Origin: Clostridia bacterium
Lineage (GTDB): Bacteria > Bacillota > Clostridia > Christensenellales > CAG-917
Direction of reading: 5' to 3'
DNA: 64,000 nucleotides
NCBI GenBank assembly: GCA_900763875.1
Contig: CAAFLX010000038.1
Coordinates: 18,429 to 82,428 of the forward strand
Program-made: the position numbers and the translations under genes
Notes under the pieces: model-generated
Told to the model about the DNA's origin: nothing
Seen by the model: only the letters and a program-made list of their open reading frames with translations
Databases searched by the model: none
Shown: one piece after another, positions 1 to 8,723 of the stretch
How positions within the stretch are numbered: the stretch's first letter is position 1
How the letters are laid out: each line of letters starts with the position of its first letter

Positions 1-47
1 TTCGAGCTTCTCGCGCGAATTTTGTGCAATTTTTTCTCTTTCTATCA

Positions 48-76
48 TTGACTTTGACGCGCGATAATAATATAAT
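48..76 (+). promoter_or_regulatory. Candidate sigma-A promoter (TTGACT, 17-nt spacer, TATAAT)
   Basis: ttgact at 48-53 and tataat at 71-76. An aaggag RBS at 95-100 and the ATG at 108 follow. Confidence 0.5.
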
Positions 77-107
77 ATCAAAAGAATAGTTTTTAAGGAG
101 ATGAACT

Positions 108-914
108 ATGTACACTAGATGTCCCAGCTGCAGAGCCGAAATCAGTTTCGAGCCTCCTGCGAATATGGAATCGCTTCCCGACGGCTACAAGCATCGCATC
201 AAATGCCCCAGCTGCGGAGTGACCATTGGCGTTAAAATCAACAAAATCGACACAACTCCCGCCACTTTGGTGCAACAAGCGCCGGCATATACACAACCAC
301 AAACCAACTTCGAGCCGGTTTATACCAACGAAAACGAGGATTTCGTCCCCCAAAAGAAGGTCAAAGCAAAACGCAGCGGCGTTGGCAGAAACGTCACTAT
401 GATGATTATGTCGCTCATTTTCATCGCTTTGAACGTTGTGGGCTATCTCGTCACCATCGGCACAATCAAAGTCGATGGCACGTTGTTTGGAATGACTTCA
501 TTTAACGGCATTGCTTTGTGGGCGGTGCTCTGTACATCACCTGAATCTTTTGCCACCTTATTTGAAATGGGCGTTGCTGTTGGCATCTTGTCAATCATTC
601 CTATGATTGTGTTCACGCTTGCTTGTGTCAACTTCCTTGTTGCATTCATTTCCGCTTGCGGCAAAAAATACGGCAGAGCCTACAACCTTGTGTCAAGCCT
701 TCTCTTGGCGGCAGGTTCAATCGTTATGCTTTTCAGCCCGTTTTTGGCAGCCAAAGAGCTTTGGGACAACAACTTGCTCACATACTTTGCCGAAGAAATA
801 ATTGGCAAAGGTTTATATATGCTCTTTGTGTCGGCAGGTCTTGGCTTGATTCAACTCATTCTCGGTCTTTGCTTCTGCAAGTCCTTGAAAATCAAACAAC
901 CCAAAGTCAAATAA
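108..914 (+). CDS. Hypothetical membrane protein with an N-terminal zinc-ribbon (CxxC..CxxC) and a multi-pass TM domain
   Basis: The N-terminus reads MYTRCPSCRAE...KCPSCGV. The C-terminal half has four to five hydrophobic helices. A good RBS and promoter lie upstream. Confidence 0.75.
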   Translation: MYTRCPSCRAEISFEPPANMESLPDGYKHRIKCPSCGVTIGVKINKIDTTPATLVQQAPAYTQPQTNFEPVYTNENEDFVPQKKVKAKRSGVGRNVTMMIMSLIFIALNVVGYLVTIGTIKVDGTLFGMTSFNGIALWAVLCTSPESFATLFEMGVAVGILSIIPMIVFTLACVNFLVAFISACGKKYGRAYNLVSSLLLAAGSIVMLFSPFLAAKELWDNNLLTYFAEEIIGKGLYMLFVSAGLGLIQLILGLCFCKSLKIKQPKVK

Positions 915-984
915 GCAAAAGCAACAACAATCAAAATCCATCGGCAACCCCGATGGATTTTTTTTACAACTGCGTTGCTCATTA

Positions 985-1338
985 ATTACGCCCTGAATGA
1001 GTGTGATTTCTTCCTCTACAAGGGTTGAGCGGCATGTACTCTTAAATGCAACTTCCCCTTTCCTCACGTGTTTTCCCTATCACCGTTCCCCCTCTGCGTG
1101 CCTTGAGGGAACCCACGGTGACCGCGTAGCGGGGGACAACACTCAGCACTCACATAGATTGCTATCGTCCTCTTGTTATGCCACTGCGCTTTGTGCGCCG
1201 GCTTCGCAACAGAATGGCGCAGTCGCTTGTACTATCCGTCAAGTTCGGCGTTCGCTTTTCTCGCCGCCTTGCGGCTCGCACTTTGAATAGGCACATACCG
1301 TGTATAAGAACGCTCCGAATAAGCGTTCGTTTATCCGC
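985..1338 (+). repeat. R1 structured repeat, copy A
   Basis: The core ttcctcacgtgtt...gccactgcgctttgtgcgccggcttcgcaacagaatggcgcagtcgcttgtact...gccgccttgcggctcg is shared with four other loci in this window. Confidence 0.9.
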
Positions 1339-1375
1339 TACGCTTACGCTCGCAATGACAACGTTAGCACGTTTG

Positions 1376-1625
1376 CAAAAACGGGATATTGAGATGAAGA
1401 GCAAGGAAGTGGCGTTTGGGCGGCAACCCTAATGTACAATGCGTACATGAGTCGACGAACAAATGTCACTGACACAGCTATTCGCTCAATAGCACGTTTA
1501 TAAAACGGGATATTTGGATGAATAACAAGGAAGGTTGCGTTCTGAACAGACAGGAGCGTACTTGTTGTACGTGACTGTTTGGGCAGACGCACCTGACGAA
1601 GTTAGTCGCCAAATAGCACGTTTTT
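1376..1625 (+). repeat. R2 long-hairpin array, 2 units (1376-1499 and 1502-1625)
   Basis: Each unit has the conserved flanks attgagatgaagaRcaagg and tgacRcagYtattcgctcaat around a variable self-complementary stem. The 3' arm gcacgttttta contains the ypeB stop codon. Confidence 0.9.
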
Positions 1626-3027
1626 ATGCTGTGCGCGAGCCAAGAGCATCGTCAATAACGTAGAGAATATTGCACTCCTCACCCGTGCGCGCGTCAATAT
1701 AAATATAATAAGTGCCGTTTTGTTGGCATTCAAACTCATAGGTGAGAAGTTCGATGGTTTCACGCAGGGGAATGAGGGCGAGCCTACCCTCGCGAACGGG
1801 CGGAACGGATACGGCTTGAGTGGCTTGGGCAAGAGAGATTGCGGGAGTTGCCAGAGTGCGTGCGCAATGGTTGAAAGCATAGTGCGAGGCATCGAAACCC
1901 GTGACAAACAAGTCGCCCTCGCGCACTTTGACCTTGACAAGGTCGGGATAGAGAATTACGCCGTCCTGCACGGGGGCAAGGTTGACGACGCACTCACCCT
2001 CGGACGAGGACGACCACACGACTTGCATATCCTCAAAACCTGCCGACTTGGCAAATGCCAAGGCGCGAGATTGGCAAGTGTCGTGCGCCTCGATGACGCT
2101 TGCGCGCTGCGCATCGCCGTTTGAGTTGAGCGACACGAGCATTCCGCCCTGCTTTGCGATTTGCACATAGGCACTGCCGCCGTCCGTTTGGACGATATAG
2201 TCAAGGGTTTTTATATCTCCCTCTCCCTCGCAAGAAAAGCGCACGCTTTGGGGATTGAGGCTTGCAAGACGCTTTTTCAGTGCGATTGCGCCCTGCTCGG
2301 CGGTGAGATTTTCACCGTGCAAACCCTTGACTTGCCTATTTTCAAGCGCGGACGAAAAAGGCCCGTCATATATCATTTCGGGATAGTTGAAACTTGGCTC
2401 GGTGAACGCCGAAAACGACTTGACAAACACGTCAAGCGCGCCGTCGTCGGACAAGTTGAGATTTGCCTCGTCAAGATTTTTTTGCACGCTTTCAAGGGAT
2501 TGTTGAAAGACGTCGGCAATCTCGCCCATTTTGTAGAGCCGCTCCCTGTCCTCTTTGCAAAGTTCTTTGCCCCCTGCAAGTTGCAAGGCGAGGGTGTGCG
2601 AATAGTCTCCTAGTTGGTTGACAAACTTTTGCGCCCTCAACACGCCGTCGTCGTTTGACTTGAACGTGGCAAGGTTTCCGCCTGCAAGCTCGCACGCGCT
2701 CCACACGTCATAGAGCAAAGATTGTTGCATCGCCATTGAGTTCGACACGCTGATTTTGCGCAAGTTTATGCCCAAATCGCTTGCGCCGTCAAGCAAATCG
2801 TAGTAGGCGCGCTGATATATTGCGTCCATTTGGCGTTGGTAGGAAAGGTGGGAGTTTAGGCTGGATTGCGCATAGTAGAGGGCAACCGACAGCCCCACGA
2901 TTGCGCAAGAGAACAAACCCATAATCGTGCCCAAAACCGCAATTTTGACGGTATTCGTTGAAGATTTAGGCTTGTTTTCCGCTTGTTTTTTTGCGGTTTT
3001 TCGTTGGTTTTGGTCTGTGTTTTTCAT
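1624..3027 (-). CDS. ypeB: Germination protein YpeB (YPEB N-terminal domain plus PepSY-like repeats)
   Basis: Sits immediately downstream of sleB. It has an N-terminal TM anchor and a YpeB-like sequence. The start was moved to the ATG at 3027, which is preceded by aaggagaa. Confidence 0.85.
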   Translation of the reverse strand: MKNTDQNQRKTAKKQAENKPKSSTNTVKIAVLGTIMGLFSCAIVGLSVALYYAQSSLNSHLSYQRQMDAIYQRAYYDLLDGASDLGINLRKISVSNSMAMQQSLLYDVWSACELAGGNLATFKSNDDGVLRAQKFVNQLGDYSHTLALQLAGGKELCKEDRERLYKMGEIADVFQQSLESVQKNLDEANLNLSDDGALDVFVKSFSAFTEPSFNYPEMIYDGPFSSALENRQVKGLHGENLTAEQGAIALKKRLASLNPQSVRFSCEGEGDIKTLDYIVQTDGGSAYVQIAKQGGMLVSLNSNGDAQRASVIEAHDTCQSRALAFAKSAGFEDMQVVWSSSSEGECVVNLAPVQDGVILYPDLVKVKVREGDLFVTGFDASHYAFNHCARTLATPAISLAQATQAVSVPPVREGRLALIPLRETIELLTYEFECQQNGTYYIYIDARTGEECNILYVIDDALGSRTA

Positions 3028-3038
3028 ATATTTTCTCC

Positions 3039-3743
3039 TTAACAAAAGGCGTGATTGCCTATGGATAGTTTGACGGTGCGAGAGAGCATCCACTTGCTTG
3101 TTGCCGTGCGCGGATTGTAATAGAATAGGCAACCGTAGCTAGGATCCCAACCGTTGAGAGCGTCCCTTGCGGCGTTGTAGGCGGATTGGTTGGGCTTGAG
3201 ATTGATTTGTCCGTCGCTCACGCAATCGAACGCGCCTTGTTGATATACAACACCTGCAACACTGTTGGGAAAGGACGAGGAGCGCACTCTGTTGAGCACC
3301 ACCGCCGCAACCGCCACTTGCCCTGCGTACGGCTCGCCCCTAGCCTCGCCGTAAACAACCCTTGCAAGAAGATTGAGGTCGGTTGACGTTGCGCCGCTTG
3401 AAGAACTCGTCGGCTTGCTTGACAGACTTATGCCGAGTGCCTGCGCCGTGCGTGTGCCGACAATTCCGTCGGCTGCAAGTCCGTTTTTCTTTTGAAACGC
3501 TATGACCGCCGATTTGGTTTTTGCGCCGAAAATGCCGTCCGCACTGCCTTTGAGATAGCCCCATTTTATGAGCTTTTGTTGCACGGCTTTGACTTGCTCG
3601 CCCCTTGCTCCTTGCTTTAACGTTGCGGCATCGGCAACGTTTTCACCGCTCGTTTGGCACAAAAAACCTGCAAGGGTTGCAAGCACCAGCACGGTGGCAA
3701 AAACCAAAATCAAGCCTGTTGTTGCACTTGATTTGCAATTCAT
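3039..3743 (-). CDS. sleB: Spore cortex-lytic enzyme SleB (PG-binding domain plus Hydrolase_2 domain)
   Basis: Contains the VYGEARGEPYAGQVAVAAVVLNRV and GAFDCVSDGQ motifs, a PG_binding_1-like segment and a signal sequence. Confidence 0.9.
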   Translation of the reverse strand: MNCKSSATTGLILVFATVLVLATLAGFLCQTSGENVADAATLKQGARGEQVKAVQQKLIKWGYLKGSADGIFGAKTKSAVIAFQKKNGLAADGIVGTRTAQALGISLSSKPTSSSSGATSTDLNLLARVVYGEARGEPYAGQVAVAAVVLNRVRSSSFPNSVAGVVYQQGAFDCVSDGQINLKPNQSAYNAARDALNGWDPSYGCLFYYNPRTATSKWMLSRTVKLSIGNHAFC

Positions 3744-3827
3744 ATTTCACCTCTTTTGGTGCTAGTTTTTCTCACCGCTCGGTTTTTATGCAGGTATACG
3801 CTTTGAAATTCGGGCAATAATCTTGCT

Positions 3828-4379
3828 ATGAAAAAAAGATTGCGTATCACGTCGGTTTTGGTTTTGACAATGGTTTTGCTTGCCCTTGTGCTGTTTGGGT
3901 GCAGCCAACGCCCCTTGCAACAAACACTTGCAAAAGAGTGTATCCGAATACATATCCGCGCCAACTCTAACAGCGAGCAAGACCAAGCAATCAAGCTCAA
4001 AGTGCGAGATGAAATCACGTCGTATTTGACGGGTAGGCTTGAGGGGTGCAAGAGCAAAGCCGAGGCAAAAAGGACGCTTGATTGCGAAAAGGCAAATCTC
4101 GTGCAAATTGCAAATCAAGCACTTTATACAAACAATTTTGAATATAAAGCCTCGATTGCGCTGAAAAAGGAATATTTTCCCGACAAGCAATACGGCGGTT
4201 ACGACTTCCCCGAAGGCGAGTATGACGCGCTGATTGTCTACCTTGGCGAGGGCAAAGGCGACAACTGGTGGTGCGTTGCTTTTCCGCCGCTGTGCTTTGT
4301 GCCAAACACCTCAAACGGCGAGAGCATTGTGTATAAATCTTGGGTGAAAGAGATGCTTGACAAGTGGTTTGCAAAATAG
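3828..4379 (+). CDS. spoIIR: Stage II sporulation protein R
   Basis: Contains IRIHIRANSNSEQDQAIKLKVRD and DNWWCVAFPPLCF, which are typical of SpoIIR. It has an N-terminal signal or lipobox. Confidence 0.85.
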   Translation: MKKRLRITSVLVLTMVLLALVLFGCSQRPLQQTLAKECIRIHIRANSNSEQDQAIKLKVRDEITSYLTGRLEGCKSKAEAKRTLDCEKANLVQIANQALYTNNFEYKASIALKKEYFPDKQYGGYDFPEGEYDALIVYLGEGKGDNWWCVAFPPLCFVPNTSNGESIVYKSWVKEMLDKWFAK

Positions 4380-4431
4380 AATAACTCACCGATTTGTGCA
4401 AATACTAACAAAAACCAAAAAGGAGAAAACT

Positions 4432-4848
4432 ATGAAAATCTATAAAGAAATCGTGCGAAACACAGAGGCCGGTGTGCAATCTATCGACAATATTTTGAAC
4501 TACGTCAACTCTGAAAAACTGAAAAATCTCATCCTTGCGCAAAAGGAAACGATGGACGAATTCTACCAAAAAGCAAAGTCCGAGCTGTCGGAAAAAGATA
4601 TTGACGATTCAAAAACCAACCCCGTTCAACGTATGATGCTCAAAGCAGGGGTGAAAATGAACGCGGGTATGAACAACTCTCCCTCGCACCTTGCAAGTAT
4701 GCTTATCGACGGCTACAATATGGGCATCGAGAGCGTGCAAAAGTGCGTCAACGAGCTAAACCGCGACGGCGTGGACGTGCCCGACATCGCAAAAGACCTG
4801 ATGAAAGTCTACGACAAAAACATCAAGGCATTGCGCGCGTATTTGTGA
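4432..4848 (+). CDS. Hypothetical helical protein (138 aa)
   Basis: The ATG at 4432 is preceded by aaaggagaaaac and a terminator follows. I do not recognise a family. Confidence 0.6.
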   Translation: MKIYKEIVRNTEAGVQSIDNILNYVNSEKLKNLILAQKETMDEFYQKAKSELSEKDIDDSKTNPVQRMMLKAGVKMNAGMNNSPSHLASMLIDGYNMGIESVQKCVNELNRDGVDVPDIAKDLMKVYDKNIKALRAYL

Positions 4849-4913
4849 CAATGCGCCCCTAAAACCTATTGGAAACAGCGCGCAAAAATCTCTTTTGCGC
4901 CTAAATTCAAAAC

Positions 4914-4950
4914 GAAAACCGCCTAAATCAAGGCGGTTTCTCTTATGTTT
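4914..4950 (+). terminator. Rho-independent terminator
   Basis: The stem aaaccgcc/ggcggttt (4914-4937) is followed by a T-rich run. Confidence 0.6.
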
Positions 4951-5115
4951 TTCGTTTGCAAAAACAGCAATTTTTGAACGTAAATAACGGCATTTTTTTG
5001 CTTTTATTCAACTCTTTTGAATCGTGCGTTTACCGCCCATCCGCCACCTAATTACCAGCTAAATAATGCCGCTTGTCTGCCGTTTGTTTGTGAGGTTTGG
5101 ATGTCTTGAAAAGCC

Positions 5116-7419
5116 TCACGCGCGGGCGTATATGACGTATTGGTCGTTGCCGAGGGGGACGTAACCCCAACTTATAGGCGAAGGACCGCCTTTCAGAGCG
5201 GCGGCACTCATTTGGACGCAAAGTGCCAAATTGCCGTTGGTTTTGCTGTAGCTCAACAACTCGTTGCGCTCGGCAACCGAATCCACTTTCAAATCAACAG
5301 TGGTCAAGCCTATGGTGATAAAAGTGTTTTGGTACACGTTGAAGACGGTGGTTGCGGCAGGAGCTTGCGTGCGCGCGCTGTGAGTGCTTGCAACGTCTGC
5401 GTCGGTTTTGAGGAAATAGCAATAATTGAGATACTCGTGCGTGACAGGCGACGCGTCTCGGACTGCCAAATCGCCCCAAGTGGTGTCCACGACATACCAC
5501 TCGCGTATGCCGTCGCCGTCTGCATCGATGAGAACCTTGTTCCAAGCGTGTCCGCAGGACTTTTGCTCCTCTTCCGTCAAATTTTGCAAGTCTTTGTTGG
5601 CATAGCCCACAACTCTGACCGCTTTGATGTTTTCAATTCCGCAAAGGAGCGCGAACGCTTTGGACTTGCCGTCGCACACGGCGCGGTGGTCGTTGAATAC
5701 TCCCTCAAGATAGAACGCGTTGTATTGAGAGGAGCTTGTGCCGCCAAGAGAGGCAACGGCATAGTCGTAGTCAACGACGTTGATAATCCAATCGTATATT
5801 GCGGCGACTTTTTGATAGTCGCTCATATCGTCGGAAAGGAAAGTTGCAAGCACGTCGCGCGCCTCGTCGTAAAGAGCTTTTAGGGCAACGCCTGCCTCGT
5901 CCGAATCGAAAATCGGCTTATAGCCGCAAGATACCGCGCGATAAAGCTCGTTGGAATTGGCAACTTTTACGCTCTGCGTTGCGCTGTCGATCGGGAGCGC
6001 GGTGCGCTTTTGGGTTTGCTCGCTATATCTCAAATGCCCTTGCACTTGAGTGCTGTCGGCTTTCGGCTCGTACGCCTCGGCGGGAACGCCGAACACCGTG
6101 CCGTCAGAGAACGTCACCGAGCCTGTTGAGCCGCTTACCCTAATAGAATAGCTGAAATTGCCCGATTCGTCGCCGCCTTCTTCAACCGCTTTCGAGAGCT
6201 TTTCACTGAAAGTGGCGTTGTTGCACCAATCTCCTATTGCAAGGTATGCGTCGAAACTCACTCCCTTTTGGTGCTTGGATATTGCGTGTCCCATAAAGGC
6301 GTTGAGGTCGGTTTGAGAGGATATGAACGTGTCGTAATAGTTGCCAAGCCACAGGAATTTGTCCTCCATATGCGCTTTCATCTCGGCGGGGATTTTGCCA
6401 AGGTCATAGTCGAGCGCATAGACGATGATTTGTTTGCTTTCAACGTTTTGAATGGTGGCTTTAAGCACGTTTTTGCCATAGGACAATTTGACGGTTTGGG
6501 TGCGATTTTTGGATTCTAACACGGTGGTTTTGCCCGTCGAATCGGTGAGAGTCCAAACGCAAGCGGCGTTTTGGTCGGCACTCAACGGCATAAGCGACGT
6601 GGAAAAAGTTTTGGTTTTGTTGTCGCCATCGAGCGTTGTTTTGAAATAATAAGTGCCGTCGCAAAGCTCGGTGAGCGAATCGTCCGCGCTTATTGCAACG
6701 CTTTGCGCCATATCGAATTTTTTGACGAATACAAGGGTTAGTTCGCTTGAAGTCGTTTGAACGCCGTCGGTGATTTCAACCTTGATTGCAACTTGACGCT
6801 CGTCCTTAACGTTGCCAACGCCAAACGTAAATTGCGCGCTGTTCTCCTCTTGCTTTGTGCCGTCCACAAACCACGATACGCTCACAACCGTGCCGTCGGC
6901 AAGGTCGGATTGATTCCAATTTGCAACAAGCCGTACATCTTGCGCGCCCGACACGAGATTTTGTTGAATTATGCCGTCTGCCATCGGCAAATTGGCGGAT
7001 ATAGTCGGCTCGGACAGTTTGGCAACTTCAACCTTTACGGTGATTTTGCCCGACGTGATAAGTCCGTTGACAATGACGTAATACTCAAACTTTTTGTTGA
7101 GGTCGCTCTTTGTGAACGTCGTGCGGTAGGTTTTGTCGGTTGCGCCCTCAATTTTGTTGTCCTTGCCCTCGGACACGACGTGCCACTCGACGCGCGCGCT
7201 TGACACTCTGTTGTTGTGCCAGTTGACGGCAAGCACCGTTTCAACGCCCAGTTGCGCCTTATATACGCCGTCCTCGACCTTGTCCAAACCGCTTACAACG
7301 TCAACGTCCGCGCTCGTTATCACCTTTTGCGCGTCAAAAAGTCCGCACGCAACGAGGCTTGCCGACAACAAGGCAATCATAATCGTGAGCAATGCGACTT
7401 TGAATATCTTTTTGTTCAT
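5116..7419 (-). CDS. Lipoprotein with Ig-like repeats and a transglutaminase-like cysteine protease core
   Basis: Has the lipobox LLSASLVAC-G. The Cys/His/Asp core context is DHRAVCDGKSKAF...GHAWNKV...VVDTTWGD. Confidence 0.8.
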   Translation of the reverse strand: MNKKIFKVALLTIMIALLSASLVACGLFDAQKVITSADVDVVSGLDKVEDGVYKAQLGVETVLAVNWHNNRVSSARVEWHVVSEGKDNKIEGATDKTYRTTFTKSDLNKKFEYYVIVNGLITSGKITVKVEVAKLSEPTISANLPMADGIIQQNLVSGAQDVRLVANWNQSDLADGTVVSVSWFVDGTKQEENSAQFTFGVGNVKDERQVAIKVEITDGVQTTSSELTLVFVKKFDMAQSVAISADDSLTELCDGTYYFKTTLDGDNKTKTFSTSLMPLSADQNAACVWTLTDSTGKTTVLESKNRTQTVKLSYGKNVLKATIQNVESKQIIVYALDYDLGKIPAEMKAHMEDKFLWLGNYYDTFISSQTDLNAFMGHAISKHQKGVSFDAYLAIGDWCNNATFSEKLSKAVEEGGDESGNFSYSIRVSGSTGSVTFSDGTVFGVPAEAYEPKADSTQVQGHLRYSEQTQKRTALPIDSATQSVKVANSNELYRAVSCGYKPIFDSDEAGVALKALYDEARDVLATFLSDDMSDYQKVAAIYDWIINVVDYDYAVASLGGTSSSQYNAFYLEGVFNDHRAVCDGKSKAFALLCGIENIKAVRVVGYANKDLQNLTEEEQKSCGHAWNKVLIDADGDGIREWYVVDTTWGDLAVRDASPVTHEYLNYCYFLKTDADVASTHSARTQAPAATTVFNVYQNTFITIGLTTVDLKVDSVAERNELLSYSKTNGNLALCVQMSAAALKGGPSPISWGYVPLGNDQYVIYARA

Positions 7420-7555
7420 ATAGTCCTCGATTTACGCGCGGCAGAGCGCGCACGCGCCAAAGATTTTATGCTTTTATTTTATTCTATATATGCAATATTG
7501 TCAATAAACGCCTTTGCCGTTGCGATTTGCAAAATATTGTGCTACAATTCCATTT

Positions 7556-7981
7556 ATGACAGACAACTCGATTTTCACGCTCAATACCCCCGTATCCAAG
7601 CAAGAGGCTCTTGCGCTGCACCCCATGGCTTTGGCTTTTGTGGGGGACGCGGTGCAATCTCTCTACACTCGCACGAGAGTCACGATAGGCTCGAACCAAA
7701 AGACGGGCGCACTGCACCACGAGGTCACAAAAGTGGTCAAAGCCGTATCCCAAGCCGCCGAGGCGGAAAAACTCCTCCCCCTCTTTGACGAGGACGAGCA
7801 GGATATTTTTAGGCGCGCAAGAAACTGCAAAGTGCAAACGAGCGCAAAACACGCCGAAATGAGCGAATATAGACGTGCAAGCGGCTTTGAGGCTGTGCTG
7901 GGATTTTTGTATCTGACAGGCAACACTCAACGCCTCGAATCCTTTTTGAGCGTATGCTTTGAGGACAACATAAACAACTAG
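7556..7981 (+). CDS. mrnC: Mini-ribonuclease 3
   Basis: Contains the motifs LAFVGDAVQSLYTR and YRRASGFEAVLGFLYL. The mrnC-rlmB synteny matches Bacillus. The start is uncertain: TTG at 7514 or ATG at 7556. Confidence 0.85.
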   Translation: MTDNSIFTLNTPVSKQEALALHPMALAFVGDAVQSLYTRTRVTIGSNQKTGALHHEVTKVVKAVSQAAEAEKLLPLFDEDEQDIFRRARNCKVQTSAKHAEMSEYRRASGFEAVLGFLYLTGNTQRLESFLSVCFEDNINN

Positions 7982-7991
7982 GAAGGAAACT

Positions 7992-8714
7992 ATGTACATT
8001 TACGGACGAAACCCCGTCAAAGAGGCATATATCGCCGGCAAAACCGTTGACAAAATATTCGTGCAAAAGGGCGAATTCGACCCTATGCTGTCCCGCGTTT
8101 TGAAACTTGCAAAAGAGGCGCGCACCGTGGTGAGCTACGTTGACAAAAATATGCTCGACAAGCTCGCGAACGGAGGCAATCACCAAGGCATCGTTGCCGC
8201 CGTCACCGACTTTTCATACTGCGACGTCGAGGATATAATCAACCTCGCAAAGCAAAAAGACGAACCGCTTTTGATTGTCATTTTGGACGGCATCACCGAC
8301 CCTCACAACCTCGGCGCAATCATAAGAAGCGCAGAATGTTTCGGGGCGCACGGCATCGTCATTCCCAAGCATCGCAGTGTGTCCGTCAACGACACCGTTG
8401 TCAAGGTTGCTTGCGGCGCAACCGAGCATATGCTCATTGCAAAAGTCACCAACATCAACGACACGATTCGCGCGCTCAAAGAGCAGAACGTGTGGGTTTA
8501 TGCAACCGATTTTGACGGTAAAGCCCCGAAAGACGCAAATCTCAACGGAAATCTCGCGCTTGTGATAGGCAGCGAGGGAGAGGGGATTCATCGCCTCACA
8601 AAAGACCTTTGCGACGATACGCTCACCATTCCGCAATACGGCAACGTCAACTCGCTCAACGCTTCGGTGGCGGCAGGAATCGTGCTTTACGAGGCTGTAA
8701 GACAAAGAAAATAA
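7992..8714 (+). CDS. rlmB: 23S rRNA (guanosine-2'-O)-methyltransferase RlmB (SpoU/TrmH family)
   Basis: Has a SpoU_sub_bind-like N-terminus and the motifs ILDGITDPHNLGAIIRSAE, LVIGSEGEGI and SLNASVAAGIVLYE. Confidence 0.85.
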   Translation: MYIYGRNPVKEAYIAGKTVDKIFVQKGEFDPMLSRVLKLAKEARTVVSYVDKNMLDKLANGGNHQGIVAAVTDFSYCDVEDIINLAKQKDEPLLIVILDGITDPHNLGAIIRSAECFGAHGIVIPKHRSVSVNDTVVKVACGATEHMLIAKVTNINDTIRALKEQNVWVYATDFDGKAPKDANLNGNLALVIGSEGEGIHRLTKDLCDDTLTIPQYGNVNSLNASVAAGIVLYEAVRQRK

Positions 8715-8723
8715 AGCGTGCGT

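Noticed and set aside
1178-1432. Conserved-looking small ORFs inside the R1 copies. One frame reads MPLRFVRRLRNRMAQSLV... (1178-1432, 21734-21988, 34385-34768). The opposite strand reads ...RAARRREKRTPNLTDSTSDCAILLRSRRTKRSGITRGR (1162-1404, 21645-21875, 34471-34713, 39537-39731, 56380-56730).
   Set aside because: The conservation is at the DNA level. Copy E has a 1-nt deletion within the shared region, the starts and ends differ in every copy, the substitutions are not biased toward synonymous positions, there is no RBS, and both strands appear equally ORF-like. I treat the element as non-coding.
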